This document shows positions 1 through 14,170 of a stretch of 64,000 bases of DNA, in pieces. Position numbers and translations under genes: made by a program. Below the pieces are notes generated by a model. That model searched no databases and was not told where the DNA came from. It saw only the letters and a program-made list of their open reading frames with translations. The stretch comes from the human T2T-CHM13v2.0 reference genome, Homo sapiens. Position 1 is the first letter of the stretch; the number at the start of each line of letters is the position of its first letter. The stretch lies in the NCBI RefSeq assembly GCF_009914755.1, contig NC_060927.1; one strand, written 5' to 3'.

Positions 1-2282
1 TAGCAAACTGACTTAAAAGTAAGATGACCTGCTTCAACACCCAGAAATTCCATAGGGAAGTCCCTGCGTGTAACTATGTATGAGGAGAACAGTCCCTGGA
101 CTCAGGAAGGTGTGGGCCTCAGTTGTGAGTGAGTCACCAGATAGGAAACTTCAGGCAAAGCCATTATATTTCTGGTCTGAATTACCACATCTCTAAAATG
201 GGACAAAAGCCATTATTAAGATTAAAAGATGAACTATACATGAATGTCCTTGTAAAACTGAAAATGTAGTTTTAATTATTTCCGAGATTTTTATCCAGTG
301 CACGTTTTCCCATCCCTGGATATCCTGTAATACATAAAATATAGATGATGGACTATTTGCATATACTTAGAGTCATTGAGATCATATGTACAAGGTCTAG
401 GCAAGTCTAGTTAGTTTTATAAGTACATTCTCTGTTCTACATACAGGTCCATATTTAAATATACAAAGATGTGATAGCTATTATTACTAATAGATCATCA
501 CTGTAAAATGCTCTAAAATTTCCAAGTTAAAAAGCACCATTCTGATAAAATGTACTATTATTATATAAGGCTTTCAACCTGTGGAGCTTCTAATTATGCT
601 TTTCATGCATAAAAAATGCAACTGGAAAAACTGATAAATGGCCAACAGCTACTTCCCTGCTGATTACACAAAATTTCATTATGGTAGAACATTTAAGAAT
701 TTAATTCTGAGCTCTCTCAGGAATAGTCTGTAAAATGTTTTGCTTAGGTCTCTTTTTAAGCACAGAATCTCAGCTGAAATAAAAGGTGTATTGAGCCTTT
801 GCCATAAGCAAAGTTAAGTCATTAAGTCAGAAAAGATGAGTTTGAAAATGACAGGTAAAGACAGAAGCAATAAATATCACCAAAACATGCCCAAATGTTT
901 TCTTCTCTCATTTTTAGAGTGACAATAGTTATTGAGGTAGAAATGAGGTCGTTTTACTGCAAAGATTACTCTCCTGATTCCTAATTAATATTTTTTTTAA
1001 TTTCCCATAAATATTAGGAAAAATATTCTAGACATATTTGTGCCTTTTACAAAGTGCTTTAGGAAGTTGCTGTAATGGGCTTCTTTAGTATTGTGTTTTT
1101 CAGTGTCTTCTTTCACTCCTTCCATCTTCTCTGATTCTCCTGTTTACATAAAAGAAAAGAGAATATTTAAGTCCTAATGTGTCTATAGTACTTGAAGCTT
1201 CAACATTGGGCAGATGCCATTTTCCTGTTTTTTAACTGGAAAAGCAGGTCCCAGACAGATAGCCTTGGGATCTCTATGGGAATGTGGAGGCTGCATCTGA
1301 GAACCAGCAACAGTGGAGCCTAGGCTAGTATACCACAGAGTATTTATCCCTAGCTTTGAAGCATGAATCCAAAATGTTTATATGCCATTAGAATATCAGA
1401 AATCTTCATTTGGTTTCTCCATTGTGTTACTTGAGTGTACACCATTTTCTATGTCACTTCCTGTTGCTATGTTCTGGACATCTTATTCTCTTCCTTTCCA
1501 AGAATGTAGGAGAAAGATCAGTTACTTGATTTATACCTGAAAAACTGTCTTCTTTTACTCCTACTGAGATATTCTGACCCTTTGCTGCTAACCCATTCTC
1601 AGTCACACTCCTGCTTTCCTCTCTACCTGATGTTCCAGCCACAGAACACACCACACACTTTCCTTCCTGTGTAAATGCAAAGCATTTGGTGTAGGGAAGA
1701 TCACAGGGTTAGAATCAGCTTAACCTGTGCTTGAGTCCTGTTGCTTACCAGCTGGATAACCTTCACAAGTTTACCATTTCTTGTAGCCTCAGCTTTCTGC
1801 TCTGTAAGAGAGATGAAACCTCACAGGACTTGTGGAAATGAGTGACTACTACCTGCAAGATTCATGCTGCTCAAGAGCCCCCTTTGCAGGGCTTTTGAGA
1901 AACGTGCTTCCCTATGACCAGTGCTCCTGGATTTTACACATCCTTTCCTGTCTCTTCTCTTCTTTTTTTCTATTAAATTAATATCCTGTAGTTGGAAAAT
2001 TCTATTCAGAGTTTGGGAGAAAAAAAAAGATGAAGAAGGATAAAGTGAAGTGGTAGGAGACTGAGGAAATTTAAACATTCATAATTTTTGTCCTGCTTCA
2101 TAAATACATAGTAGCTGTATGGTTACTTTTACCTATAATGTCCTCTTTACCCGTCATTTCCTACAACCACAAATAGCACCATTCTAGTCCCATTGAAAGC
2201 CTAATCTATATTTTATATCTTTATTAAAATTTTGTTTACCATAACTGGAAGTAACATCTCTGTCCCCAAACTTCATGGAGTT

Positions 2283-3942
2283 TTCTTTTTTAAAATTTCA
2301 CTTTATTTCATTTTCTAACATTGACAGATAAAACTGTATGTATTTATTATATAAAGCATGATGTTTTGAAATATATACACATTGTAGAATGACTAAACCT
2401 AGCTAACTATGTATTATGCACGTAGTTATCATTTTCGTGATGAGAACACTTTACCTCTATTCTCTTAGAATTTTAAAGAATATAGTACCGTATTAACAAT
2501 AGTCACCATGTTGTGCAATTAATCCCTTGAACTTATTCCTCCTGTCTAACTAAAATTTTGTATCCTACAACCAACATCTCCCCAGCCTGCCACCCACCTC
2601 ACCCCTCCCCCTAACCCTTGGTAACCATCATTCTACTCTCTACATCTACGAGGTCAAATTTTTTAGATTCCACATATGAGTGAGATCATGAAGTATTTGT
2701 TTTTCTGTGCTTGGTTTATTTCACTTAACATAATATCCTCCAGGTTCATCCATGTTGTTGCAAATGACAGAATTTCTGTTTTAAGGCCGAATAGTATTCC
2801 ACTGTGTATATGTACCACATTTTCCTTATTCATTCATTGATGGACACTTCAGTTGATTTCCTATCTTGGCTATTATGAATAGTGCTACAATGAACATAAG
2901 AGTGCAGATATCTCTTTGGCAGACTGATTTCATTTCATTTGGATATATACCCAGCAGGAACTGCTGGATCATATGATAATATGATAATTGTATTTTTAAT
3001 TTTTTGAGAAACTTCCATACAGGTTTCCATAATGGTTTCAAATACATTTTCACCAACAATATGTGAGAGTTTCATTTTCTCCACATTCTTGTCAAAACTT
3101 ATCTTTTGTCTTTTGATAATAGTCATTTTAACAGGTGTGAGGTGATAACTTACTGTGGTTTTGATTTCTATTTCTCTGATGATTGGCAATGTTAAGCATA
3201 TTTTCATATACCTCCTGGTTATTTGTATGTCTTCTTTGGAGAAATGTCTATTCAGGACCCTTGCCCATTTTTTAATGAAGTTACTTGTTTTCTTTCTGTA
3301 GAGTTGTTTGAGTTCCTGATAGATTTTAGATATTAACCACTTATTAGTTGTATAATTTGAAAAAAATGTATTCCATTATTTGGGTTGTCTCTTTATTAAT
3401 TGTTTCCTTGGCTATACAGAAGCATTTTAGTTTGAGGTAATTATTTTTGTTTGTTTTTACGTTTGTTGCCTGTGCTTTTGGGGTCATATACAAAAAGTCA
3501 TTGCCCAGACCAATGTCATAGAGTTTTCTCCCTATATTTTCTTCAAGTAGTTTTGTAGTATCAGGTCTTACTATTACGTCTTTAATCCATTTTGAGTGGA
3601 TTTTTGTCTCTGCTGTGAGATAAGGGCCTAATTTCATTCTTCTGCATGTGGATATCCAGTTTCCCCAACACTGTTTATTGAAAAGACTGTCCTTTCCCTA
3701 CTGTGTGTTCTCATGTCCTTTATAAAAAATCAGTTGAGTGTAAATGCATGGATTTATTTCTGGGCTCTTCATTCTGTTCCATTTGTCTATGTGTCAGTTT
3801 GTATGCCAGTACCATGCAGTTTGGGTTACTATAGCTTTACAGTGTATTGGAAAATCAGGTAGTGTGAAGCCTCCAATTTTGTTCTTTGTTGCTTTAGATT
3901 GCGCTATTTGGAGTGTTTTGTAGTTCCATAGAAATTTTGGAA
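2283..3942 (-). mobile_element. L1MA-type LINE-1, 3' end (ORF2 C-terminus plus 3'UTR), 5'-truncated
   Basis: Minus-strand ORFs give L1 ORF2 peptides (KLGPYLTAETKIHSKWIKD; [23 protein letters not shown]; [23 protein letters not shown]). L1MA-style 3'UTR and T-rich tail at the left end. Confidence 0.92.
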
Positions 3943-6189
3943 CATGGAGTTTTTAGTTTGTATGTATATATGTATGTTTATGTCTTGATTACTTTTGGCA
4001 TTTTAGGTCAGGTCCACATGTATTAAGTTTCTTGTTTGTTTGATATACAGAACCGCCCCTTTCCTGAGTGTTTTGCAACATGAGAATTAGATAAGTGTTT
4101 ATATTCAAGTGGTTGAACTCAGGTTTCTAAATAGAAATACTAGAGTTAACTAATTATTACATATGTGCAGCATTCTACCATCACAGAATATTGCAAAAGG
4201 AAATAATTCTGAAAGATTAATTTTTTTTCTTTGGCCCATGTTGACTCTTTTCTTGCCATTAAGGTAGTCTGTTGTGCCAATACTTTTGCAATGAAAGAGG
4301 TGATTACTTTTCTTAGATGTTTTCCTGCATTCACTGATTGGTAGCAATTCCAACAACTGATGACTTGGGCAGAATTCAAACCAGGAACTTTATAGGGAAA
4401 ACTGTAATACCATCATTGAATTTGTGAGCCCTCTCATCTTGTAGATTGGAAGGTCCAAAGGAAGCTTTTTTTTTTTTCCCACACTTCACATGCACTGTGT
4501 TAAATTAGGATGGACGTCAAAAATCTGACCTTTTCATGGAGTTTTAGAGATGGAATAAAAGGAAGCTAGTAACTGATTTCATTCCAGCTGTATTTCCCAC
4601 AGCTTGTGGGAATGTTTTATGAGGAGAGTTGTGGATAGTGTTTTATGTCATTTGATGAGAATGAATCCATGATAATCTATAATTTAAAGCAAGATAAATT
4701 TCCCTATTATGGCAACTCGGTCTTGTATTAAAAGCTGACACTTCACCACAGGTCACTGCTTTATTTCTTCAAGACTTTTGGTGAATTGCCCTTGCAAAAC
4801 ACCAAGAGCACATCTGTAAGTTTTAGTTTCTTAATGACTGAAAGGACAATGTGCCCTATATTTAAGGAGAAAAGAGTTATGCTCGGTAAGAAAATGGAGA
4901 GAGATATATATATATATATAATTTTTAAATTAAACTGTGATTCAATTATCTAGATTAGCCAATAAATGCCTTTGTATTACTATAACTGCTTCCGTTTGCA
5001 AATTACAGTTTTGCAAACAAAACTCACTTGCTACTTTTTAAATACTATTAATTTTGGACAAGGAAATTCATATATATGCCCCAAGGGGGAAAAATAGAAA
5101 ATATGTCTTCCTTTCACCGTCTATCTCTGTCTTAGCTTAAATTTGTGATTATTCTCCTAAGAGAAGACTAAGCATGAATGATTTTCCTTATAACACAAAA
5201 CATTCTGATTTAATTGTTTTTAGTAGTTGGTTCTGATTTCTGACTTCAGTTGTATTCTTCCTGACAAACCTCTATTTCCTGATCCCCTTAACTTTCTGTC
5301 CTGTAGCTTGACAGGAAAACATTAAAAGACTGATGAAAAACTGCTGTATGCCTCTAGCATTCTTTATTTTACCTTCACAGTTACTCAAAACTTATTTGTT
5401 GAATGAAAGCTTAATTTTCCTTTTTATGCAAGATTTGGTGTGTGGCAGAAGGCAGTAGCCTGGAGGTGGCGGCATACATAGACATTGAGGGGCTGGTGAA
5501 ACAGTGTCCCAGTCACCAGGGAGGCACAGGAAGAGAGGCATGAAAACTGCTCTGCCCCTGACTGTATGGGAAACCCCAAGAGCATCATCTCGCTGTCCAT
5601 GACCACTGGATTTGTAAGATCCAAGGGGGCCTGACTCTTCCTTTGTTCTTAGTCTCTTATATCTCATGCATCTCATACGCCTGACATGGGGACATAGAAG
5701 AATGCTATTAATAACATTGCTATTAATACAAACATTCTCTAAATGCAAAATGGAATTAAGTGATTCCTCTTTTAACCTCTGAAATACTTTAATATGATTT
5801 AAGAAATACTTTAATTTGAAAGATGAATCTCTTTTGATAAAAGACATGTTCATATAAAAAGAAGACAGGCGACTGGATAATTAGTACATAATCAAATAGT
5901 AAAGTTGCCTTTCTGTTTATCTTTAGTATTCAATGGTGTTGCAGTGGCTCATGGTGTAAAATAAAATATTTGTCAATGCAGACACAGAAGGACTTTTAAA
6001 ATATTCATTTTGGGAGCAAAAGTAGGATTTGTAATCAGTACAGCACCTTTAAAATCATTGGATAGATGCTTGTATGTTTAGGGAGAAAAGAAATGAGGAA
6101 CATGAACAGATTTCCTGAGAGAGTTAGAGTGAAGAGTGATTAAGCTCAGAACATAAAATTACCATTTATGATTAGTTCAGTTCAATTAA

Positions 6190-6480
6190 TTCCATCTATC
6201 TATCCTTTAATTCATTTATTTAATCAACCAGCATTTGGGCACTGTGCAGTGCCCTGTGGATACAGGGATCAAAGACACCATCAAAGAATTTATAGTCATG
6301 TGGTGAAGACAGAGATGTAATTGAAGTACCTAAAGGCAGCATGATTTTCATGCTAGGGAATTACAGGTGTCTGGGGCACACAAGGCAGGCAAGTGGTGTA
6401 GGGTATAGGTCACAAATTATTTGATAGCCACACAGAAAATGAGAGGGGGAGGCATTCAACAGTGACCAAAACATTGTCCC
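6190..6480 (-). mobile_element. L2 3' end fragment
   Basis: attcatttatttaatcaaccagcattt... followed by degenerate L2 3' end motifs. Confidence 0.5.
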
Positions 6481-7584
6481 TACTGAAATAGAAAATGTTT
6501 CCTACCCTCAGGGAGCTTGTAGTTCTTAATTCTCTTAGTTTTAGTGCATACGTCTGTAAGAAATTTTCTTTGAAGGTATTTTTAGCTCTGAGAGGCTTCA
6601 GGAAAGTTTCTAGTAATAAACACTGGGTATTTAATCCTAGGACTCAATTGCTAGTTTGTTCAAAGATTCCTGATTTGAACTACCATTCCCTTCTGTGAAG
6701 AATTTCATCACTATCATGATTTTTGCTCAAAGCTGTATTCAAAAGTCATCTAGACATAACAACAGGAAAATCCAACTAACTAATGTTAAATTTGGTGACT
6801 GTGATATGCTCATAAATTTTTCCATATTATCTATGAAATGCTGTAATTCTGTTTGTCCCAAGAAAACTCTTGCATTCCTGTCTTAATTAAATCTCTCAAG
6901 CCAAGCAGGTTTCTGCAGTATACAATCCATTCATTCAGGTGTGAAAGGCCGGAACCTATTTACATATTTACAACCCCGATAGCTGTGCCTGGGATAAAGT
7001 AAATTTATTTCTGAGTTGTCTAGGTTCTGCAGATATTGCAAATACAATTGTATATTCAAGCTTTCTCCTAAAAGACTCATTTTAGGGCAGTTCTGAAAAA
7101 TACTGGAAATATGAAAATAGATTTTAAGCTCTTGGGGTGAAGATCATGTTTTGATTTTGGTTCTCTTTACTGCTCTGAAAGTGCTGTGTGTGTGCCTATA
7201 GCCCTTTATAAATATGTAAATAAAAATAAAATATTTAGCTGAACTAGAGTAAAGAAGAGAGACTCTTATGTAATAGAAGAACATTTATGTGAGGAAAATA
7301 ACAGAATTTCAGAAAATACAGCCATTGGGAAAAGAGTGTTTTGGATTATATACCTCTAGGTTTATTTTCTTAACGCTCATTACAATGGGAATAATATTTG
7401 CTTGAAGTCACAGCAATGGCCTGAAATGAAAGAGGCTACCAGCCCACCAGTAATTCAATACATGGCAAGTAGAGTAATTATAGTACTGAGCCACCTTATC
7501 AGTCACTAATAGTGGGGAAATAGCAGATACTAGGGAAGGCAAAGGAATAAAGAAGCAGAATTCAGAGAGGGATAAAACAGACAC

Positions 7585-8200
7585 ATGATAGAGCTTAGCA
7601 TATTGAGGAGACTGTCCCATGGACACTGCCTCTCAGAGGAAAAGTGATGCAAGAGAGTTCCGGGAATTTCTTTAAAAGTAAAAAGTATGACAGTATTAAA
7701 AGCAAATCATAGAGATAACCATGCTGATGAAAAGAAAGATAAGGAAACCATAGGAGTCCACCATCTGTAAGGTATAGTCTGTTTTTAATATCTGAAATGC
7801 AAAAAGCAATTATCTGTTGAACAAGGGCAGATCTGCAAGGACGAGAGGAAGAGAACAGCAGAAGCCTGCAGGGCAGTCAGAAGGCCAAGACACAAAATGA
7901 GTTCCAATTAGAGCAGGTCACCAAGGAGAAGGAGAAAACCTTTTAAAACACATTTGAAACAAGAGCAAGGCAAAAGGAAATACAGGCTCCCCAGTTAATA
8001 AGAAAGGGAAACAAACAACGATAAAGAGAAGTCTTAGGTTTTATATGTATGTATTTATTTTTAGATTATAGGCAAGAAAAAAATCTATAAGAAATTGAAT
8101 ATAACCCACAAATAAAGGCTCAACAATAGTTACTGAAGGAAAGATCAAGCAATTAAAACTTTACTCATCTAAGTTCAATAGAGAGATTGCCTGTAGTGAT
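7585..8200 (+). mobile_element. CR1/L3 LINE ORF2 fossil
   Basis: Broken translations EETVPWTLPLRGKVMQES and QGQICKDERKRTAEACRAVRRP..QNEFQLEQVTKEKEKTF are collinear with CR1 ORF2 motifs (IPWxxxLxGKGVQESW; WKQGQxxxEEYRxxxRxCRxxVRKAKAQxELxLARDxKxNKKxF). Confidence 0.7.
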
Positions 8201-8834
8201 AAATAAGATGGACGAGAATATTCTTCAGAAGACTCTACTTTTCTGTGATCCTAACTGTGACTGAGTTGCAGGGGGTTGGACAAAATTCCCCAAACCAGAG
8301 ACTTCACAGGCTTTTTGGGCTGCCTCACCCTCTATATAAAATTGCTAGAAATGAATTCATTGTATCTAATTTTAAATATAAAAGATGTTGGAAATAATAT
8401 TTTAAAAACATATCTTCATGCTTAGAAACTGGACCATTTCTTCCCAGCTCAAGCAGTGATGTATAGATTAGTAATGAACACTGGTTTGTCAGTTGAAAAT
8501 TAGGTGAAATAACTCAATTTCTTCTTAGAAAATTCCTAAACGTTAAGCTACATTCATGTCTGTGTTTACATTTTCCTTATATTATTTTCAATTAGGGTAA
8601 TATAAAAAATAAGGCCAGTAATATTGTTTTATATCTAGAAATATATATGTATAAGGGATAGATGGTCCCATCTATCCTAGTCCCTTCAGAATTAACTCAT
8701 TTCAGTCAACATTTCTTATGTGTCTCATACGGATATGTAACCAGTTTATTGAGCAGTGGGATAGGAATATGAAATGGTTTTGTTTCTCCTTAAAGCACAT
8801 TTTGTGTCTCTGTAGCCTCTTAATTGTGAGAAGT

Positions 8835-9058
8835 AGAAGGAAATGGTATTAATAGTGAGGACCTGAGCCACCTGCTTCTACCACGTGCTGGTTGCGTGAC
8901 CTCAGAAAAGTTACTTAACCTTTTGTGTATCATTCCACATCTCTAAAATGGGAATGATAGTACTTACTTTAAAGGGCTGTTGTAAAGTTGCAATAAATTA
9001 TTTAAATCAATTAAAACAGTGCCTAGTATATAGTAAGCATTCAGTAAGTATTAGCTAT
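8835..9058 (+). mobile_element. MIR SINE
   Basis: gtgacctcagaaaagttacttaacctt...catctctaaaatgggaatgatagtac...tagtaagcattcagtaagtattagct. Confidence 0.8.
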
Positions 9059-9214
9059 AGTGTGATCTCAGTCAATTTCTATATTTTTCCAGTCCCTGCT
9101 CAGTTTTTGAATACTTGCCCCAATCTCATTTAAAACTCTCATCTTGTCTCTTCTCTTCTTCCTAGTTTAGTTTTGACCCTAGACTTGAGGGAACTGCTTT
9201 AAAGAAGAAAGTGA

Positions 9215-9512
9215 GGCCTGGTGCAGTGGCTCATGCCTATAATCCCAGCACTTTGGGGGACCGAGGCCGGTGGATCACCTGAGGTCAGGAGTTCGAGACC
9301 ACCCTGGCCAACTTGGCGAAGCCCCGTCTTTACTAAAAATTCAAAAATTGTCTGGGCATGGTGGCACACACCTGTAATCCCAGCTACTCAGGAGGCTGAG
9401 GCAGGAGAATCGCTTGAACCCAGGAACCGAGATCATGCCACTTCACTCCAGCCTGGGCGACAGAGTGAGACTCCATCTCAAAAATAAAGTAATGAATTAG
9501 TTTAATTAAATG
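9215..9512 (+). mobile_element. AluS (Sx/Sz-like) with about 18-nt deletion in the right arm
   Basis: Dimeric Alu, ggatcacctgaggtcaggagttcgagacc; TSD aagaagaaagtga on both sides; ggcggaggttgcagtg missing near 9425. Confidence 0.97.
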
Positions 9513-11639
9513 AAGAAGAAAGTGAGTTCTCTTTCAATCCTCTTTGAAGTTGAGATTCTTCTGGTACTGAGATAGACATTTAGAACCTGTGGGAAAAAGG
9601 CAAGAGTCCTATGAGGAGGCCAGATTTGGGGCTTCTGCCACATAGATATGATGGACACCATAGTTAGTAGTAGGAGAAGCAGGAATTATGTGGTAGGAGC
9701 CCCTCCCCTGGCTTTTCATGTATTTTGGAGATTACTGTGAGAATTCCTCAAAGCATAGTTCCTTGACATAGATTCTGGCTTCTGCTAGACAATTTTGACC
9801 CTCACATTTCCCTTAATTCCTGCTAAGTGGTGAACTCTATGGATGGGATTCTCTCAACTGCCAGCCCGCAGTGTTGGGGAGGCACTGACAAGACAGCCAG
9901 GATGCTATTTTCTGGAAGTCTCTCAGCTCCCACAGTATTGCCCTATAAAATGGTAGAAATGCAGGCTACTTCACTCTAGCCTTAGCCTTCTGGTTATACA
10001 GATTGGGATGACCAGTGTAGCAGTGCTAACATGACACCCTTTTAATAAGCTCTGGCCCTCATCGTTGGCAGGTCTTTCTAGAACACAGAATACTTGATGT
10101 CTATTTGGCCTCAGCATTTGGGGTTTGTCATAGATTCCAGGACAACAGGAAAAGTTGCCCATCAACTTGTCATACATATTATGGCCAAGGCCTTGTAGCC
10201 TTTCAGCTTGAGATTCTCTCAATGTTCCATTTTCCCATGTTTTGATCAGTAAGAACAATCCTTATTTGGGTATTACATATCTGATTTATCTCCTCTTTCT
10301 ATCTGTCTGCCTTTCAGTCTCATATATGGAACTCATTTTTAATTATTGACATCTTGGGAATTCCCACAGTGAACAGATGTTGCAGAATGACTTATGTGGA
10401 AAATGTCAAAGATTACAGTCTATTACAGTTTTTCCAGCCTTCACATATGGTTTGACTCCATTAAACATTCTTTAATGGTGAATGTTTTAAAAAGAAAACA
10501 ATTTTTTTTGGTTGATGGGCAAAAGAGTAAGATTAAGAAGATTCCAATCACTGGCTCCCCATTCCTGTACTCCTGGCACCAGGTCTCCTCTCATAATATT
10601 TGAGTACTGTGGATGAATGTGGTTGAATAGAATATAATGAAATTGACTCCTCCTGTATCACTGCTCAGCTCTTTGCATCTAATTTTCTATATTTATAGGA
10701 GAAATGGAATAAACAGTAGGTTTGGACCCCAGGTCATAACATTAATGGCAGAAATGTAATATTACCTATGGCATTTCAGGAAACAGGACATAGACTTTTT
10801 ATAAGGCACATCTCCAGACTTTGGTGGTGTTGGGTAGAGCCAACTTTTCACTGGGTCCTTCCCCAAGACTGTTATCCTTGAAACAGGATGTTTTATCTTG
10901 ACTTAATGACTTTATTCCAAGAGTCACGTGGAGGAAAGAAGGTCTGATACTGTGTTATATGTTTAATGATTTAGAACTCTAAGAATATAGCCTTAGTTTA
11001 TTCCTTCCTTTAAAAAAAAAAAAAAAAAGCAAAGGGAAAATACCCATAAAGGAAATTTATCTAATACAGAGTGAGAACTGCTTTAATTTTTGTATCATAG
11101 CCACCAAGTTTTGGTAATCAAATAGAAAAGTGTAAGAAGTCTTTTCAGTAAGGCACTGCCATTTCTCTGGGTGTACATCCCTTATCAGCTCATTACACCA
11201 ACTTTTCCTTTGATGTTGTGTGGTAGTCCCTTCCCAACTTAAGTCTGGTGTGAGAAAATTGGGAAATAGCACTTTAATCCTGGAGGACTGATTTCATTAA
11301 AGATTTTATTATATATTGGTGATCCAGCCTTGCTGTCTTAAGTATGGCTCTGAGATGACATTGATGAAATTTCTCCTATCATTAGAAGTCAGGTCTAGCA
11401 CAGTTGCAACACCCAGAGGCACAGGAGTGCTGGGTCATGTCAAGAGAACACAGATTAAGAATTGAAATTCTTGGGTTCCAGCAGTTCAGAAAACCACTCA
11501 GTCTCTCTGGGCTTCAGCCCAAAATGTAATTCAGCAGTTCTTTTCTGTAGCTATTAATTAAGGTGGGTCTCAGTCCAAGTTGGTCCTGTATTTTGTCACT
11601 GAGGCTCACAAATAAAATCCGTTAATACTTTACTAATAG

Positions 11640-11850
11640 TTAATAGTTATAGAATATTTATTACGACCTAGGCATTGTGCTAAATGCTTCATTATCTCAA
11701 TGACTCTTTGAGGTAATATTTTACATATGAAAAAACTGTATGCTATAGCAAATAAGTGTCCTCCTCAAAGCCTGGAAGTGTGTAAATGATAGGATCAGGA
11801 CTTGAATCCAAATCTTTCCGGATTCTGAGTCCACAGTTTTAACCACATCG
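11640..11850 (-). mobile_element. MIR SINE
   Basis: ggcattgtgctaaatgctt...ttttacatatgaaaaaactg...ggacttgaatccaaatct. Confidence 0.7.
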
Positions 11851-11981
11851 ATAATATTGCTGTTGAATTTGAGCTGTGTTCTTTTATTCTTTTTTTCAAC
11901 TAGATCATTTATTAGAGAGTGACATGATAAAGTTGACAGGTTTTTAGATTTATGTTGCCAAATAATATTTTTGACTGCATC

Positions 11982-12086
11982 TCTCTGATACTCCAGTAAA
12001 TCTTCATGTTAGATTTGAGTGCTATTCACATATATCTCTGATACTCCAGTAAATCTTCATGTTAGATTTGAATCCTATTCACATAT
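11982..12086. repeat. 53-bp tandem duplication (2 copies, 2 mismatches)
   Basis: tctctgatactccagtaaatcttcatgttagatttga(gtg/atc)ctattcacatat starts at 11982 and 12035. Confidence 0.95.
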
Positions 12087-13175
12087 CAGAGTTTCATGTT
12101 CTCGCCTAGAACAAATTATCAAACTTATAGATGATATCAATAGTTTAACTTATTTAGTTTCTATTGTTCTTCTGTGTGAGCTCAGTTCTGTTGCTTTAGT
12201 TCTGTTCCTGCTGCCATTTCTATTTTCTGCTCTAGAGGCCTAAGACTTGATCTGTTTATCTTTGTTCATTGTAGTTCATTTAGTTGCCAAACTTTTATTA
12301 AGTGCCTCTGTCAGTTAGTGTTGTAAACCTCAAGGACACCTTGTTAACAAGTGATTTAAGATTACTACCTGAAGTGGTTTTTATCTGTTGTTAGTGGGGT
12401 AATACCAAATGGAATTAAAATTCAGAGAAACTGCCAACTTATCTTTTAAGGAAATGGTTTAAACCTTTTCTTAACCTGGAATAAGTGTAGTTGATACTAC
12501 TATTAATAGCAAGTGGTGCTATTGACTGTTACTCTACCCTGTGGCAAGTGGTTAATGTGGAATATTCTATCAAAGTTGCTGTTACACTAGCACTTCTCCT
12601 TTTCCTATGGTTCCGCCCTTATTTGTGATACAACAGCAGCTTCATTACAAAAGAAGAATCACATAAACCAGGAATGGTTTAAACAAATCAGAGAAAAAAT
12701 GAGGGAAGAAAAAGAGAAGAATTCTTCTTGTAAGCAGAACCTCAGCTGGCTAGAGATAACTATATACTTCTTCTCTTTCTAGCCCTCCCCAAATTCTTGA
12801 GGGAATCTTAAACCTTGGGGCCATACAGACTAGGTTTGGGCTAATCCAGATCTAATATCTAGGCACTTGGCCTTAGGCTATTCCTGCCATCATTTTGCAG
12901 CAGGAAATTTCTGGAATTGATTCAGATTTGGGCATGGGGAGGGATTATTGTGTGCCTAACTAACAACTGCATAGAATGTGCACATTATCCTTTTCTTATG
13001 TTTGTTAGAGCATATTTACAAAGTAAGATGAGAGCAGGTGCCATCAAAAGGCAGGGACACTAAGTGGGAGGTATGTTCGGGAAAAGTGGCTAAAGAATTG
13101 TCTTTCTGGCAGCATATCCCAGAACTTTGAATATATTACTGTGTAAAGGGAATATCTTAGAGACAGGTTAGTGAG

Positions 13176-13507
13176 TGCTATGGTCTAAATGTTTGTGTCC
13201 TCCCCAGATTCATATGTTGAAATCCTAATCCCCAAATTGTTAGTATTAAGAGATGGGGTCTTTTAGGAGGTGGTTGGGTGATTAGGGTTCTGCCCTCATT
13301 AATGGAATTAATGCCCTAGTAAAAGAGGTCCTAGGAGCTGCCATGACCCTCTTACACAGCAAGAAGGCACCATTTATGAATCAGAAAACAAGCTGGTTGC
13401 TTGATCTGGGACTTCCCAGCTTCCAGAATTGTGAGAAATAAATATCTGTTCTTATAAGCTACCCAGTTTATGGCATTTTGTTATAGTAGCCCAAATGGAC
13501 TAAGACA
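13176..13507 (+). mobile_element. MaLR solo LTR (MLT1A/MSTD-like)
   Basis: tgctatggtctaaatgtttgtgtcc...gcccaaatggactaagaca; TG..CA ends; near-TSD gtgag/gtgaa; aataaa near the 3' end. Confidence 0.9.
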
Positions 13508-13699
13508 GTGAATATGTGCTTTCATAATATTTGATCACCAACATCGTCTTCAGAAAGCAACAATAGAAATGAGTATTCCTAGGAATACTCTGTGGAAAAG
13601 AAATATTATTGTAGAAATAGATATTTAAGTGGCTCCCACCTACTTCAGCCTGGAATGTCATATTCCCTCTGTCAGTATAAATTCTTAACAAATAGTTTT

Positions 13700-14170
13700 C
13701 ATGTATTTCTGGTGGAGCATGATTTTTACAACCATTTTATAAAACAAGTTGGCAGTGCGTATAATGTGTCATGAAAGTCTTCATACCCTTTAACCCAGTA
13801 ATCTCACCTTGGAAAATATATCCTAAAGAAAGAATCTAAAATAGAGAACATGATAATTTTTTAGTGTAGCATTTTAAACAACATATTATGGTATTAGAAA
13901 CAACTTAAATGCCCAAAGAAAAGTAAGAAAATTGTACTATACTAAATATGAATTATAATATAGTCTCTTAAAATGATGATCATAATGACTGTGACAACAT
14001 GAAATTCCTTACAAAAAGTCAGTTAAAAAACCAGAATATATAATTACATACACACAATGCACTTGTAAAAGAAGCAAAGGAAAATTTTACCATTAAAAAT
14101 ACATAAAATGTGTATAGTAATTATGTTTTTAATAGGCTGACAGATTTATGTCTGGGTTTTCTTCCCTCTA
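13700..14170 (+). mobile_element. Old L1ME 3' end fragment
   Basis: atacccttttaacccagtaatctcaccttggaaaatatatcctaaagaaa and later L1 3' motifs, highly diverged. Confidence 0.65.

Noticed and set aside
5392-5853. Longest ORF (153 aa, minus strand)
   Set aside because: No domain, mixed composition and no splice or promoter context; compatible with chance.
9221-9487. Alu-like peptides (also at 15805, 18355, 47989, 48714)
   Set aside because: Translations of Alu sequence.
10609-10625. GTGGATGAATGTGG (V-D-E-C) resembling another cbEGF start
   Set aside because: Followed at once by a stop, with no acceptor or Cys pattern.
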